64,000 nt of DNA from Amphiscolops sp. MND2022. Lineage: Eukaryota. Numbering within the stretch: position 1 is the first letter of the stretch; each line of letters starts with the position of its first letter. The notes under the pieces are model-generated. The model worked only from the letters and a program-made list of their open reading frames with translations. It did not search any database and was not told where the DNA came from. Made by a program: the position numbers and the translations under genes. The stretch is from the NCBI GenBank assembly GCA_964187785.1, contig OZ076420.1, positions 26,722,001 to 26,786,000 of the forward strand, written 5' to 3'. Positions 46,429 to 57,266 of the stretch are shown here, one piece after another.

Positions 46429-47284
46429 GGGCCCCTCTTGATGAGAGTGACAAGTGTAGAGCGTGGCACTGCGGGATTTCTTTCCTTATTGTCACGGGGG
46501 GACGACCATTGTACCTTCTTGATTGGAGGGGGCCGCGACCTCTTCCCGCCTTCATGTCTCTAATTTTCCTCTCTTCTTCGTCTATTTCGCTGGCTTCCTT
46601 CTCCAATCGTTCCACTTCCTCCGGACAGCATTCGGGGGGTCTAATTATGATATTAGGACGCAGATTTTCTTTTGCGTGTAGCCCGCGTCCACGGCCTAAG
46701 GATGCGAGGTAATTTCTGTCCTCCAAATCTAGGCTGTACAGAGCTTCCAATTCCGCTAGAGGAGGCTCATTCAGGTCATTTAATTTTTCCGAGTTCGGCA
46801 TTCTTTCATTCCCCATAACAGGGATATTTTCCGTTCTTTTTAGAGCAGGGGTACGCTTTATTGGGGAGGGTAAGCGCTGCGGTGAGTCTGGCTCTTCATA
46901 ATAGTCCGTGTCAGAGTCGGCTGGCGGCAGATCGAACGTGACTTTTCCGGTTCTCCTTTTCTTTTTGGGTGTCGGTGCCGTTTCGGGCGACTCTGAGGTG
47001 GAAACCATTTCTGCATCACTTCCGCGATAAACTTCGATGGAAGAATCGCTCAAGTATCCTACCATATTGAGAGGCAGCGTTTTTGTCGGTGTACTAGTCT
47101 TATTGGCTTCTTCATCTGACGAGATGTCGATAACTAGTGAATAGTTATTCATTTTAGTAGGAGAGAATACTGAGTACTGTTTCGGAAAGGTTGCAGGTAA
47201 TTTGTTAGTGATGATTTCTTGTAACGCTTCAGAAAATTGAGAAAATTTTAAGCTGGTCAAGCTTCTGCTGAGGTTGGACGACAA
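46340..47284 (-). CDS. Accessory ORF-X of element C (314 aa, disordered; SIM, NLS and GRG motifs), spanning the PPT and U3
   Basis: LVIDISSDEE, PKKKRR, GRGRG twice; last ~30 codons lie inside the LTR. Confidence 0.75.
   Translation of the reverse strand: MSSNLSRSLTSLKFSQFSEALQEIITNKLPATFPKQYSVFSPTKMNNYSLVIDISSDEEANKTSTPTKTLPLNMVGYLSDSSIEVYRGSDAEMVSTSESPETAPTPKKKRRTGKVTFDLPPADSDTDYYEEPDSPQRLPSPIKRTPALKRTENIPVMGNERMPNSEKLNDLNEPPLAELEALYSLDLEDRNYLASLGRGRGLHAKENLRPNIIIRPPECCPEEVERLEKEASEIDEEERKIRDMKAGRGRGPLQSRRYNGRPPVTIRKEIPQCHALHLSLSSRGALSRPAPGRNFTCCYGIPGFGRGQGHSKYF
46429..46440 (-). promoter_or_regulatory. Polypurine tract of element C (CAAGAGGGGCCC)
   Basis: Immediately precedes the TGT of the 3' LTR in element orientation. 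Confidence 0.65.
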
Positions 47285-47768
47285 GTGAACGTTTTAAATT
47301 ATTTCCTTTCGGAAATTTCATCGAATTTATATTGGTCGATTTTTCGTTTTCGTTCCGGTTCGTCACGAGTTAAAGGAAACGAGTTCTTTCTTGCTGCGTT
47401 ATGATTGGTCGAAATACTTGAGGGAAACTTCTAATTTTAGTTTCCGTCCTCTTTTCGGTTAATGGCGTAATGACGTCACAGAATTACATCTGTATTCCGT
47501 GATCTTTTAATAAGTTCCCAAGTTCTTCTTGACATTTCTTGGTGGATTTTTATCCACTGTAAGGTCTTTGGAAACGTTTTGTTCCGTCTATGCCATAATA
47601 GGCTTTTATTGGAGTTGAAGATAGGGTGATTTTCATTTATGTAGGAATGATGTTATTAATTTCCTCCCAATTAGTTGCGTTTACGTAACGTAATATCTTC
47701 TTCTTTGTGATTTTCCTTCTTTTTCCTTTTTTAGATTGCTGTGGGCATCTTTGCTGTCGTTTCTTTCT

Positions 47769-50700
47769 ATGGATGACGAAACTGCTCCGCTCCAAGGCAC
47801 CGTCACCGGATTTGTCAGTGGCAATGAAACCAATTTTTGTTATACTGACGATGACGTGATCTTTTCGGAGGTGGAGGCAGTGGTTACTTCTTCAGGTTGG
47901 TAAAATCTTTCTGACTTTCATGGGTAATTGGACTGTTGTTTTGGTGATCAGCCTTTTCAGTCTTACCCGAATACCTGACGCGTCAAACAAGATCTTGATT
48001 TTCAGTAACTCAACCTGGCGCTTCAACTGCGGTTGTTTCCGTAGCCACTGCGGGAGTTCTTTCGACAGAGGCTACTGTTCTGCCATCAGTTTCTACTATC
48101 TTGTCTTCTAAGCCTTCTAGTGCTGTTAACGAAATGTTAACAACTGTATTGACTAGCGCTGAGCCCGACGATTCATTTCCAGTGGACTCTTCTCCTGTCA
48201 TTGTTGGTCCGAGTACGCGTGTTGTTGCTGCAAGTAGCGATAGTGAGTCTCAAGAAGGTGAGACAGATCCCCCCGCCAATAGAAAAACCCGTTGGTAGAT
48301 TCGTTTTTGATGGTGTATTTCTGGTATGTGGGCGGGGTGTACGAAATTTTTTTTGTTGTTATAGGTTTGAGGGATGCTTAGACGTATGGGCCTTCCAACA
48401 TTTGTGTGACGCCATCGAAACGGGCAAAGAAAGTTGTTATCGCTCCGCCATCGCCTCCTCCCTTGGTGCATGCTTCTACTGTTTGGCAGAGTTAGTTCTA
48501 ATATTGTTTTTATCTTCCGTTTCATTCTTTGAATTGGAGAGAGTGTTAGTTGCCCATTGGTTTGGTTTGTTTGGGGATGTCCTATTGTTTGGTACGCGTT
48601 TTCATTGGGTGTTGATGTTGTGTAGGTCACGATGATGATCAGTTGTATGGTGTCGGCGGTGTGACGTTGAGTCCCCAGGATGTGATGCGATTGGGTCAGC
48701 AACTTGTGGAAGAGGTGACGGAGAGTGCTACGCTGGTTATTCAAAACGGTTAGCATTTGCGTTTTCCCTGTAATTCGGGTATTACTTTGTTATTTGGTGA
48801 GGGTTTTCGTTCATTTTCAGTGTGGTGTGTATATTGTTTATCCCCTTCGTGTGTTGTTCGTAGAGTTGCAAGAGTTCAGTGGGAAGGTAGAAAAACGTCT
48901 GGCCAAGCGGACAGTGAAGACATACGGGAATCGCAACACGTTGCATCGTCGTATGTTGAGTCGACATCCTGCTTTTCCTGATTTCGTAACTGGCTCCACG
49001 ACCGGTGAGGGAACTCACTTCCACTGTCGGGTATGCAAGCGTGATGTGGCCATGAAAGCTCAGGGCTCTGGAAAGTTTAGCAGACATTTCCGTTCTGATG
49101 CTCACTGGTTTAAGGACGTTACTTATCGCGTCCATATGGATCTTCAGGTGCTCAACAGGTTGATGGAGCCGATGGAACTGTCAGCAAGTCAACTGGCAGA
49201 CTATAAGTCTCGACCATTTTGTGATCTGAGCGGGGAGTATCCGTTCCCTGAAGATCTATTGCCCAAGCATTCAAAAGCGGAGTCAAACGTGCCCTACATG
49301 ACCTTGGTTTCTTGTTTTTGCGAATTCTTGCGGAATGGTGGTGATTTTGATTACCTTCGTCGTCTGTGGGGCCACTTCCGAGCAACCTTGGGCGACCGAG
49401 AACCTTGCTTTCCTTTACGATGGAGCCGTTCTGAGACCGTGGTGAGTTGGTTTGGTTATTGGTATTGTTTATTTCCGTCATGTATCCGGGTGAGAGAAAA
49501 ACAGAAAGGGATGGGGGGATGTCTTTTGTAGTTGTTTTGAAAGTAGGGTCTCGTTTGTGTTTTAGTCATTCCTTTGTCGGGGGCTGGCTCCGCGAGTTCT
49601 TCGTCTGATGTTGAGTGACGTCAAATCTTTTAAAGAGTACGGGATGCAGTTTGAGAAGTCTGGGAACATAGAAAGTTGCTATATTCTTTGTTGGGATGCG
49701 CTGAATTTAAAGAAGATTTGTGTGGGAGATCAGTCCTTGGATCAAAAAATGCCCGAACCCGAGTTGCTCCCGTTGGCACGTGTAGCGAGCTGTCTAGAGG
49801 GACAGCAATTACCGGTGTCAGTTCTTGGCGCTAGCCCTTCCCTCATTCGCATGTTAGACGCGAACAGGACGGATGATCGGCGGTTTCTGTCATGGCAGTC
49901 GTTTGATGAGGAGGTGTTTCTCCATTGTTTCCGTCAGTCTCATCAGGACATTTTTGGAATGATTGAAGTGACGACTGCATTGGAGTATGTGATCCATCGA
50001 TTGAAAGGGGCTTTGTATGAGGATTGGACAGAAGACAGGCCTCTTCTTCGATCGTGCATACGGGAAGGCTCCGTTGCATTCTGCAATCTTCGAGAGGTCC
50101 TAGGCGATTTAATCGAACTGTGGCCTTCCATACGTCCTTACATTCGCTACACTGGACATCCTCATTTTAAGAGTGTTGCTGATAGGGTGAGTACCGTCGT
50201 ATTATTTGTACATTTCGGTCTTGTGTCGTTCCTTTGTTCTCTCTTGTGCTCTGCTGTGGTATATATGATCTTGGAATGATGGTATAATTTATCCATTTTA
50301 GCTGCGCGGCACGGACTTCGAGTTAATCTCCGATAGTCTCATTGTCTATCGTTTCGGCTTCCTTCGACTGCTTTTAGACTCCTGTAAGTATGGTGAGCTT
50401 TCGTTATAGTTGTTCTCTTTCGACTGTTTCTGATTGTGGTAGTGTATTGGCTGATGTTTCTTGTCGTTGTGGATATGCTATTGTATCTGGTTTCTATTGG
50501 CTGCTTCGTTTTGATCAAGGATTCTGCTTCTTTTCAATAGTTCATGTGTTTAGATTACTTCAATTTTGAGAGATTGCGTCAGTGCCGGAGAGATTACGGG
50601 TTTCATGGTTACGGTGAGGTCTGCAACTTCGTTTACTGTCTGCTGATGCGAACCCGCAAGCTGTCTGATTTGCCAGGTATCCATGAGTGGGAAAGTTATA

Positions 50701-51818
50701 TGGATATTTCGAAACTTTCTTATTTCAACGCTATTTCCATGGAGGAGTTCCTGATGGACAGTGATTTTGGTCGCGAGCTGGTCACTGTCAAGACGAGTGA
50801 GATGCGGGAATTCCGCGTTAAATGTCGTGAGTGTATCGATCGGCTTGTGTCTTTGATCCTGACTAGTACAGCTGTGACTTCTGGCGTTTCGCGAGGTTTT
50901 TATGCTTTCTGTCCGGAGATTATGTTGGGCGGCGACGATCACCACATTTTCGAGTTGTTTGGCTCTCTTTGTGATTTGTTCAGATCCTGCCACGTGATGT
51001 CTTCGGACGGCTTGAATGCTGCTGTTAATGAGTTCAAGAGCTATGTGATAGAGAAACGCAGGCATTACGAGGATGCGACATGTGCTGCGAGTGAGATTCC
51101 TGACGTGGTTCAGTTTCTGTTGCGGGATTTTGCCTTCCAGTCTCGGAGTCATGTATTTCGACTGTTTAAAATATGTTGTCTGGTGGTTGGAGTGCCAAAA
51201 AGTAACCTTCCTGCAGTTATTATCGATTTGGGTGGTAGCGCGCTGAGTCCGGCAGTGGTTCAGGATTGTGTATTGTTAGTGCAGTCTCACATCATCAGTC
51301 CGAGTTTCAATCCTCGATTGTTCTTTTCAGCTTCGTTGCTTGTTGCAGTCCGAGAAGCTATTGCAGAGTCAGGCATTTTCTTCAGAGTTGCCGATTTTGA
51401 TGTATGGAAAGATTTTTGCTCCGGCGATATGGAGTCTTTTGCTGGGCATTATCGATCTTTGTATAAGAAGTATTTAATGGGACGACAGAAAGAGTACGAC
51501 ACTTTCTATGTGGAAAGCAACAAGACGAATCGGCGTTCTCGCGAGAGTCAGTGTTCAAGTTCAACTGAGGCCGGAAGTGCTACAAATTCTGTTGTCGGTT
51601 CCAAGAAAGCATCGTCCAAGATTGCTTCGTCAAAGTCTGTGAAGGCAGGTGCGTCTACTGCTCGTTCATCAGCAAAGGTTGTGAGTAGGGAAGATGGAGC
51701 TGTTGCGAAAAAGAGTGGTGGTGGCAGTGCGTCTAGAAAGTCAAAGAAGGATAAGAGCAGTGATTCTGATGATCCTGATGTAGTCCACAAGTTGAAAAAG
51801 ACATCTTCTAAGCATTAA
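47769..51818 (+). CDS. Spliced antisense gene in element C: BED-like zinc finger plus degenerate hAT-transposase-like protein (~980 aa). Exons 47769-47895, 48006-48257, 48864-49441, 49566-50186, 50302-50392 (or -50383), 50554-51818
   Basis: All five GT-AG introns are phase-compatible; FHCRVC..RHFRSDAH finger; the HCFRQ and VPKSNL motifs resemble hAT. Confidence 0.72.
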
Positions 51819-52009
51819 TGGATAATTGATGATGATTTGATTTCCTGATGAATTATATCTTTTGATGTACCTGTTATTTGTATTCTTTGTTTTATGGTCT
51901 GGTTGATTTCTACGAGTCCCACCATTCGTTCATTATAGTTACGTAGTTTTGGTAGATTGTAAAAATTGACGTAGTCATTCCGGTTCGGTTTGATATGCTG
52001 ATTTTTTGT

Positions 52010-55000
52010 CTAGTCCTGAGTTGATCGTAGTTCTCCCGTAGTGACTGAGTCGAGCATTCGGAAGTCAGGATTTACGTTAGGTCGTGGATTAGGTCCTAAA
52101 TTGTATCGGCCTACTTTCCTAGGATTATATCCAATGACTATAGGCGGTAGTTCGGGTGTTTTGGGAGGGCTTTCTATAGGTGGCGGTGTAAAAATATAGG
52201 GGTTGTCGCTGACGTCCAAGTTAAATGACGTTATGTTGTCGGAGGATGTTTTCCCTTCTGCAGAGTTTTCATTTGTGGCTGTTTGAGCCACGTCATTTTC
52301 CGTTATATCTTCGTTTGTGGTTGTTTTAACCACGTCATTTTCCGCTGTAATTCCAGTTGTGACTGTTTTAATCACATCATTTCCCGTTGTAATTTCGTTG
52401 TTTTCTGTTGTGTCTGTGATTTTTGCGACTGTGGTTTCTTCGGTGGCGTTTTCCGTATTGTTTCCGAACAAAACTTCTCCGAATTCGGTTTCCCAAGCTT
52501 GCGCGTACCAATCATTGTGGGTTGTTTTAACCTCTGGATCTGGAAGGTAATCTTCCCTTCTGACTGTTACGTCAGGTACTCGCTGATTGGGCGCATATAG
52601 CCTTAGGCGAATTCTATGGAGGGTTTGTGTATACCTAGTTCCTGTGCGACGTACGACGTAGTTATTGTTCGAGAGTACTTTGACTACTATGTAGGGTCCA
52701 GTCCAAATGCAATCTTTAAAGGCAAATTTCATTGACTGGTTGTCTGCCTTCGGGTTGAGGACGTAGCAGTAGTCGTTGACTTTGAGCGGTGTAGCCGTTG
52801 CTTTCTTGTCATAGTACTGTTTGTATTTGAGGTAAGACTGCATTAGGTTCTCTTTGGCAGCTTGGTGTATCTCGGCTATTTGTTTCTGTAGTTGGTCCGT
52901 TAGTTCTTCATTGCTATCTTTTTCTCATTTAGGTTTTAATCCAAGTTTTATGTCCAAAATGTTGTACGGGATGCGTCCGTGAAACACTGTTGTAGGTTCA
53001 CAACCTAGGCTTTCATGGTAGCTTGTATTGTAATTCATGACTGCAATCTGGACGTATTTGTGCCACATGGAACGTCGTTCTCCCGTTGATATCTTTAAAG
53101 AGGTTTTTAAAGAAGCATGAGTCCTTTCTAAGATGCCAATTGTTTGGGCGTGTTTCGTCGATGCGTGGCTTATCCTTATATCCAATGTTTGTGCTATTTG
53201 GTTGACTACTTCTGACCTGAATTGTGATCCTTTATCCGTTAGAATGACGGTCGGTAGATAGCAGTGTCGTGTCATGACATCTATTATGCATCGTGCGACT
53301 GTTTTTGCTGTCATATCTTGAGTCGGGTAAGCGAAAAGGTAACGCGAAAAAACATCCATCGTCGTTATGATGTGTTGGTATCCATTTGAGGAAGGTAGAT
53401 TTGGTAGAATGTCTACTTCTAGGCAGTCTTCTGGTCCCATTGTGAATTCAGTGTTGCTTGGCATTTTGGGACGTATCTGTCTTGTGTCTATTCTTTTATT
53501 GGCGATGCAATCCTGACAACTGGTTACCCAAGCTCTGATTTTTCGTGCAAGACCCGGGAAGTAGTATTTCGCTCTGCATTCTTGTATCATTTTGGTGAAT
53601 CCTGGGTGTTTATTTGTTTTCCCATGTAGAGTGGACAGGAGTTCTGGGACTAGGTGTTTTGGAATTATAATTTGGTTATGTGTGACTGTTCCGTCTTCTC
53701 CATAATACTTTCGCATCAGAACTCCATCTTTCATTATGATTCTTCCTTCGTGGCGTAGTAGGTTTCGTCCTCGTGGTTCAGTTTTGAGAAGGTGCTTGTC
53801 ATATTCTTCGTGTGAGATCCGTTGTTTCAGTGCTTTGAGGAGGGGATCTGCATCTTGTTCGTTTCTGATCCGTGCATTTTCCTTAATTGCACCAAAAGAG
53901 TAGACTGTGGAGTTGAGTGGTATCTTGATGACTTCGGTTACCTTTGTTGATAGTTCTCTTTCATGTTCATCTAGGGCACGTCGTTTGCTGAGTTCCTTTC
54001 GGGCAAAAATTTCTTGCTCAGATTCATCTTCTTCATCTGGTAGGAAGAAAAGTTGTTCCTCGTCAGCTACATCTGATGATTGTAGGTTAACTTCAATTGG
54101 GGACGTTAGGATGTCGTTCCGTAGTTTAAGTTGTACCTTTTCTTTCGGTGTAAGTTCAAGTCTTGAGAGAAAATCTGCTGCTGTGTTTTGGGAGCCTGCT
54201 ACGTGCATGATCCGGAACTTGAACTGAAGTACGTAGTCGCAGGCATTCCACAGTGCTGGTGGTGTTGTTTTCGTCTGAAAGAATCTGGTTACTGAGCGGT
54301 TGTCCGTTAAGACCAGAGTCGGAATTGTTGTCTCCCATAGTATATGGCTGTATTCAAGGAAGGCGTGGTAGATTGCCAAGAATTCCTTGCAGTAGATGGA
54401 CATTTTCAGTTGTGCAGGTGAAAAAACTCGTGATCCGAACGCTGCTGGTGCGAAGGTTTTCCGTTTGGAGAGTATTTTGCGTTCGTCGTTCTCCTCGATC
54501 ATGAGGGCGTAGCCTGATGCACGAAAGCTTGCATCCGTCATTAGAACGTACTGTTTTCCTGCTATGGGCTGTCGGAGTGCAAGTCCACAAGCTTCCGCTA
54601 AACTGGCGTTAATTTCCTTAAAGTTACCGACAAGTTCTTCTGAAATTCTGATTTTGGAGTCTGCTTTGAGAAGTTCGTACATGCCAATGAGTTTTTCTGA
54701 CAAGCGCGGTATGTAGTTGCGGTAGTAGTTAACAAAGCCAATGTATTTTTGAACTTGTTTTTTGGATTTGGGGAAGCGGACTTTGGAGAGGAAATTTTTG
54801 ACTTTTTGATCTTGCGGGGCTACGCCGTCGGGGGTGATGGTTCGGCCAAGGAATTCGATTTCGGTTACTCCAAAATGGCATTTTTCGATGGTTAGTTTTA
54901 ATCCTGCTTTTCTAATGCATTTGAAGACTGCTCTGATGTTCTGTATGAGCTGTTCCGTTGTGTTTGCGGCAATGCCAATGTCATCTACGTATTGTGCACA

Positions 55001-55702
55001 TTGGTCGGCTTTGATAACTGATTCCAGATACTCTCGCTTGAAGCTCGAAAAAGCTGATAGGGCTCTGCTTAGTCCTTGTGCCAGGCGACGGTAGGCGAAC
55101 GTCCTACTAGCAAAATTAAAAGCAAGTAACTCTACTGACCTTTGATCAGCCATTTGAAGGCAGTGATACGCCTGGGAGCAGTCAAGCTTGCAGAATAGTT
55201 TTTTCCCTGCTAGGTGTTGTGCCGCATCTGAGAGGGTGCTGACAGGGTGGTTGTTGTTGATGTAGTCATCTGCTATAAGTGCGTTGATTTTGCGCAGATC
55301 CACCAGTAGCCTCAGTTTGCCGTTGGGTTTCCGTTGTGCAAATATGGGACTGGCATACTTGGAGAAGGGGAGTGTCGTGATGATTCCGTATCGATGCATG
55401 AGGGCCAGTTCCACAGTCAGGTCTTCTTTGAGGTTGATTGGGACGGGTAGGCTCTGTGTGTAGACTGGTTTGTCATCTTGTGGTGTTAGGCTGACTTTGA
55501 ATTGTGTGTTCATCCCTATGTCTAGCCGGTGTCGAGCGAAGATGTCGTTGAATTCGACAATGGTGTCCTCGAGGTTTTCACGGTCATTGTTCGCAATCTG
55601 TGAATCTGTCCATTTGAACATGGATAGAAATTTGTTTCGAGACTCTTCGTTTTCGGTTGGGTCAAGTTTTTCTAGCTCGGCAAGGTCTCGCAATTCTTTC
55701 AA
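52010..55702 (-). pseudogene. pol: RT-RNaseH-integrase of element C; in-frame TGA (Trp codon) at 52925-52927
   Basis: KLDCSQAY, QYVDDI, LMTDAS, H-x5-H..C-x2-C zinc finger, VDILP..TDKG..LER; the C-terminal part 52010-52843 is in the same frame. Confidence 0.95.
52267..52396 (-). repeat. ~39-bp coding minisatellite in the integrase tail
   Basis: ITTGNDVIKTVTT / ITAENDVVKTTTN / DITENDVAQTATN. Confidence 0.75.
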
Positions 55703-55713
55703 GATTCGCTTTT

Positions 55714-57266
55714 TTATGGGATCGGAAACCAGAATTTCTCTTCATTGTCGTCGGGCCGCTCTACTTGCATTAGTGCATTGATGTACGTGACCGCATCGTC
55801 ATGGTTAGTGAGGAGGTTTAGGGCGGCTATGTCAACTGGGCGGATCATCTTCGTTTCTTCGGGTTTCAGGATTTGCAGTTCTGCCATTTTGGTATTGGTG
55901 GCTATTGTGTATGGGAAGTCTGTAGTGTTGGCGATTTTTATTGGTATCTTTTTGTCTCTGGCTGTTGTAATCGCTGGAGCTACTATTACCTTCGCGCATT
56001 CGTCGAATTGTGGTAGGGGTTGTATAGTGCCCGTTATTGAGTGTTCGATACTCACAGGGATTGTTGCGTAGATGATTCGGGTAGAGTGCGCTGGGATTGT
56101 ATGCTTGGCTTCGGTCTTTATCGTGATGGGTTTGGGATTGCATTTTTGTCTTTCGTCTGTGAGCGCCATCGTGATTTGGATCTTGGGAAAGTCAATGGTT
56201 CCCTGTGCCGTGTCAAGGATCGCGGCATGCTTACGTAGGAACGCTAATCCAATTATAGGGAATGACGTTTGATTCACGATGATGAATGTTTCTTCAAAAG
56301 TGTAATCCCCTATTTTGAAACGTAGGGTGTACGTGGCAAGTGGTTGTTCTAATTCGGCGTTGGCATACTGCACTTTGAAAGGGGGTGGGGGTGCCTTATT
56401 GATGATGCACTGACTGGCGTGCTGTCGGAGTTTTTCAGCGTCCCTTTCGCTAATAGCGTTAATGTACGCACCTGAGTCGACTAAGGCGTCGATTTTGACC
56501 GTGTTGAATTCGACTGGTAGGAAAAGCATTCGTTTTTTCTTCTTGAGCGCGATGGAAGACATTAACGGGATGTAGTCGTCGTCTTTGTCATGTTGGATGA
56601 ATTCCTTGATGGTGTCTAGATCTTCAGGCAATTTTGAGGGACATTCCGTGATTTCTACGTCGTCATTCATTAATGTTGTGACGGGCGCGGTTTTTGGAGG
56701 GGTCACTGAAGGATGAGCATTTTCTCGTTTTTGTTTTTCTTGATGCGCCCATATGGTTTTGTCCTCGACGCAGATGATGTTCTCAGCGTCTATTGGTGTG
56801 GACGTGATGGTGACGGGTACTGTTGGGGATGGTGTTGTTCTTTTGAGAATTGGCGATGGTGGTGATGGTAGGTCCATGATTTCTGTGGATTGAGCCTGGG
56901 GGTTTGAGACTTGTATTTTGAAGGAGAGTTTGTTAGTATCATGAATGGTTGGTTCATCCCAGGGATCGCATCTGTAGTCTCTATCATAGATGTAGATACG
57001 TTCAGTTTTTGATTCTGGTAAGGGTCGCTTGAGTGTTGCGTAGTTATCTGGTGACTCTGTTATCCATTGAGGTAGTGGTGTTGGGTCGTTTGGATGTCTG
57101 GCATTGTGTCGGAGTATCATGCCTACGTTCCATCGGCGTTGCCAGTCCTGAGTTGGTTCTTCATTACACTCTGTGAAAAAATCTTCTTCGTACCTATTTG
57201 GGGGGTCTTCGATGGTGTACGCCCTCGCGTCTACTTTTTCCCCGAAGCGAAGGCGCGGCGACTTCA
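55714..57266 (-). pseudogene. pro: Protease-containing 5' part of pol (element C), entered by -1 frameshift; broken from RT by a ~34-nt deletion near 55720
   Basis: DALVDSGAYIN, FPIIGLAFL; the -1 frame is open from 57266 to the ORF at 57120. Confidence 0.9.

Noticed and set aside
47300-52000. Independent hAT DNA transposon nested in element C
   Set aside because: No TIRs or 8-bp TSD found by eye, and the catalytic motifs are degenerate while the frame is intact; not fully excluded.
46429-52009. env gene in element C (errantivirus-like)
   Set aside because: No sense ORF with signal peptide, furin site and TM anchor; the extra ORFs are nuclear-type or antisense.
52925-52927. Programmed stop-codon readthrough in integrase
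   Set aside because: Context K-P-K-*-E-K fits a simple TGG>TGA mutation; no readthrough signal is evident.
55700-55730. Second programmed frameshift between protease and RT
   Set aside because: Element A shows a continuous frame with 12 additional residues here, so this is a deletion.
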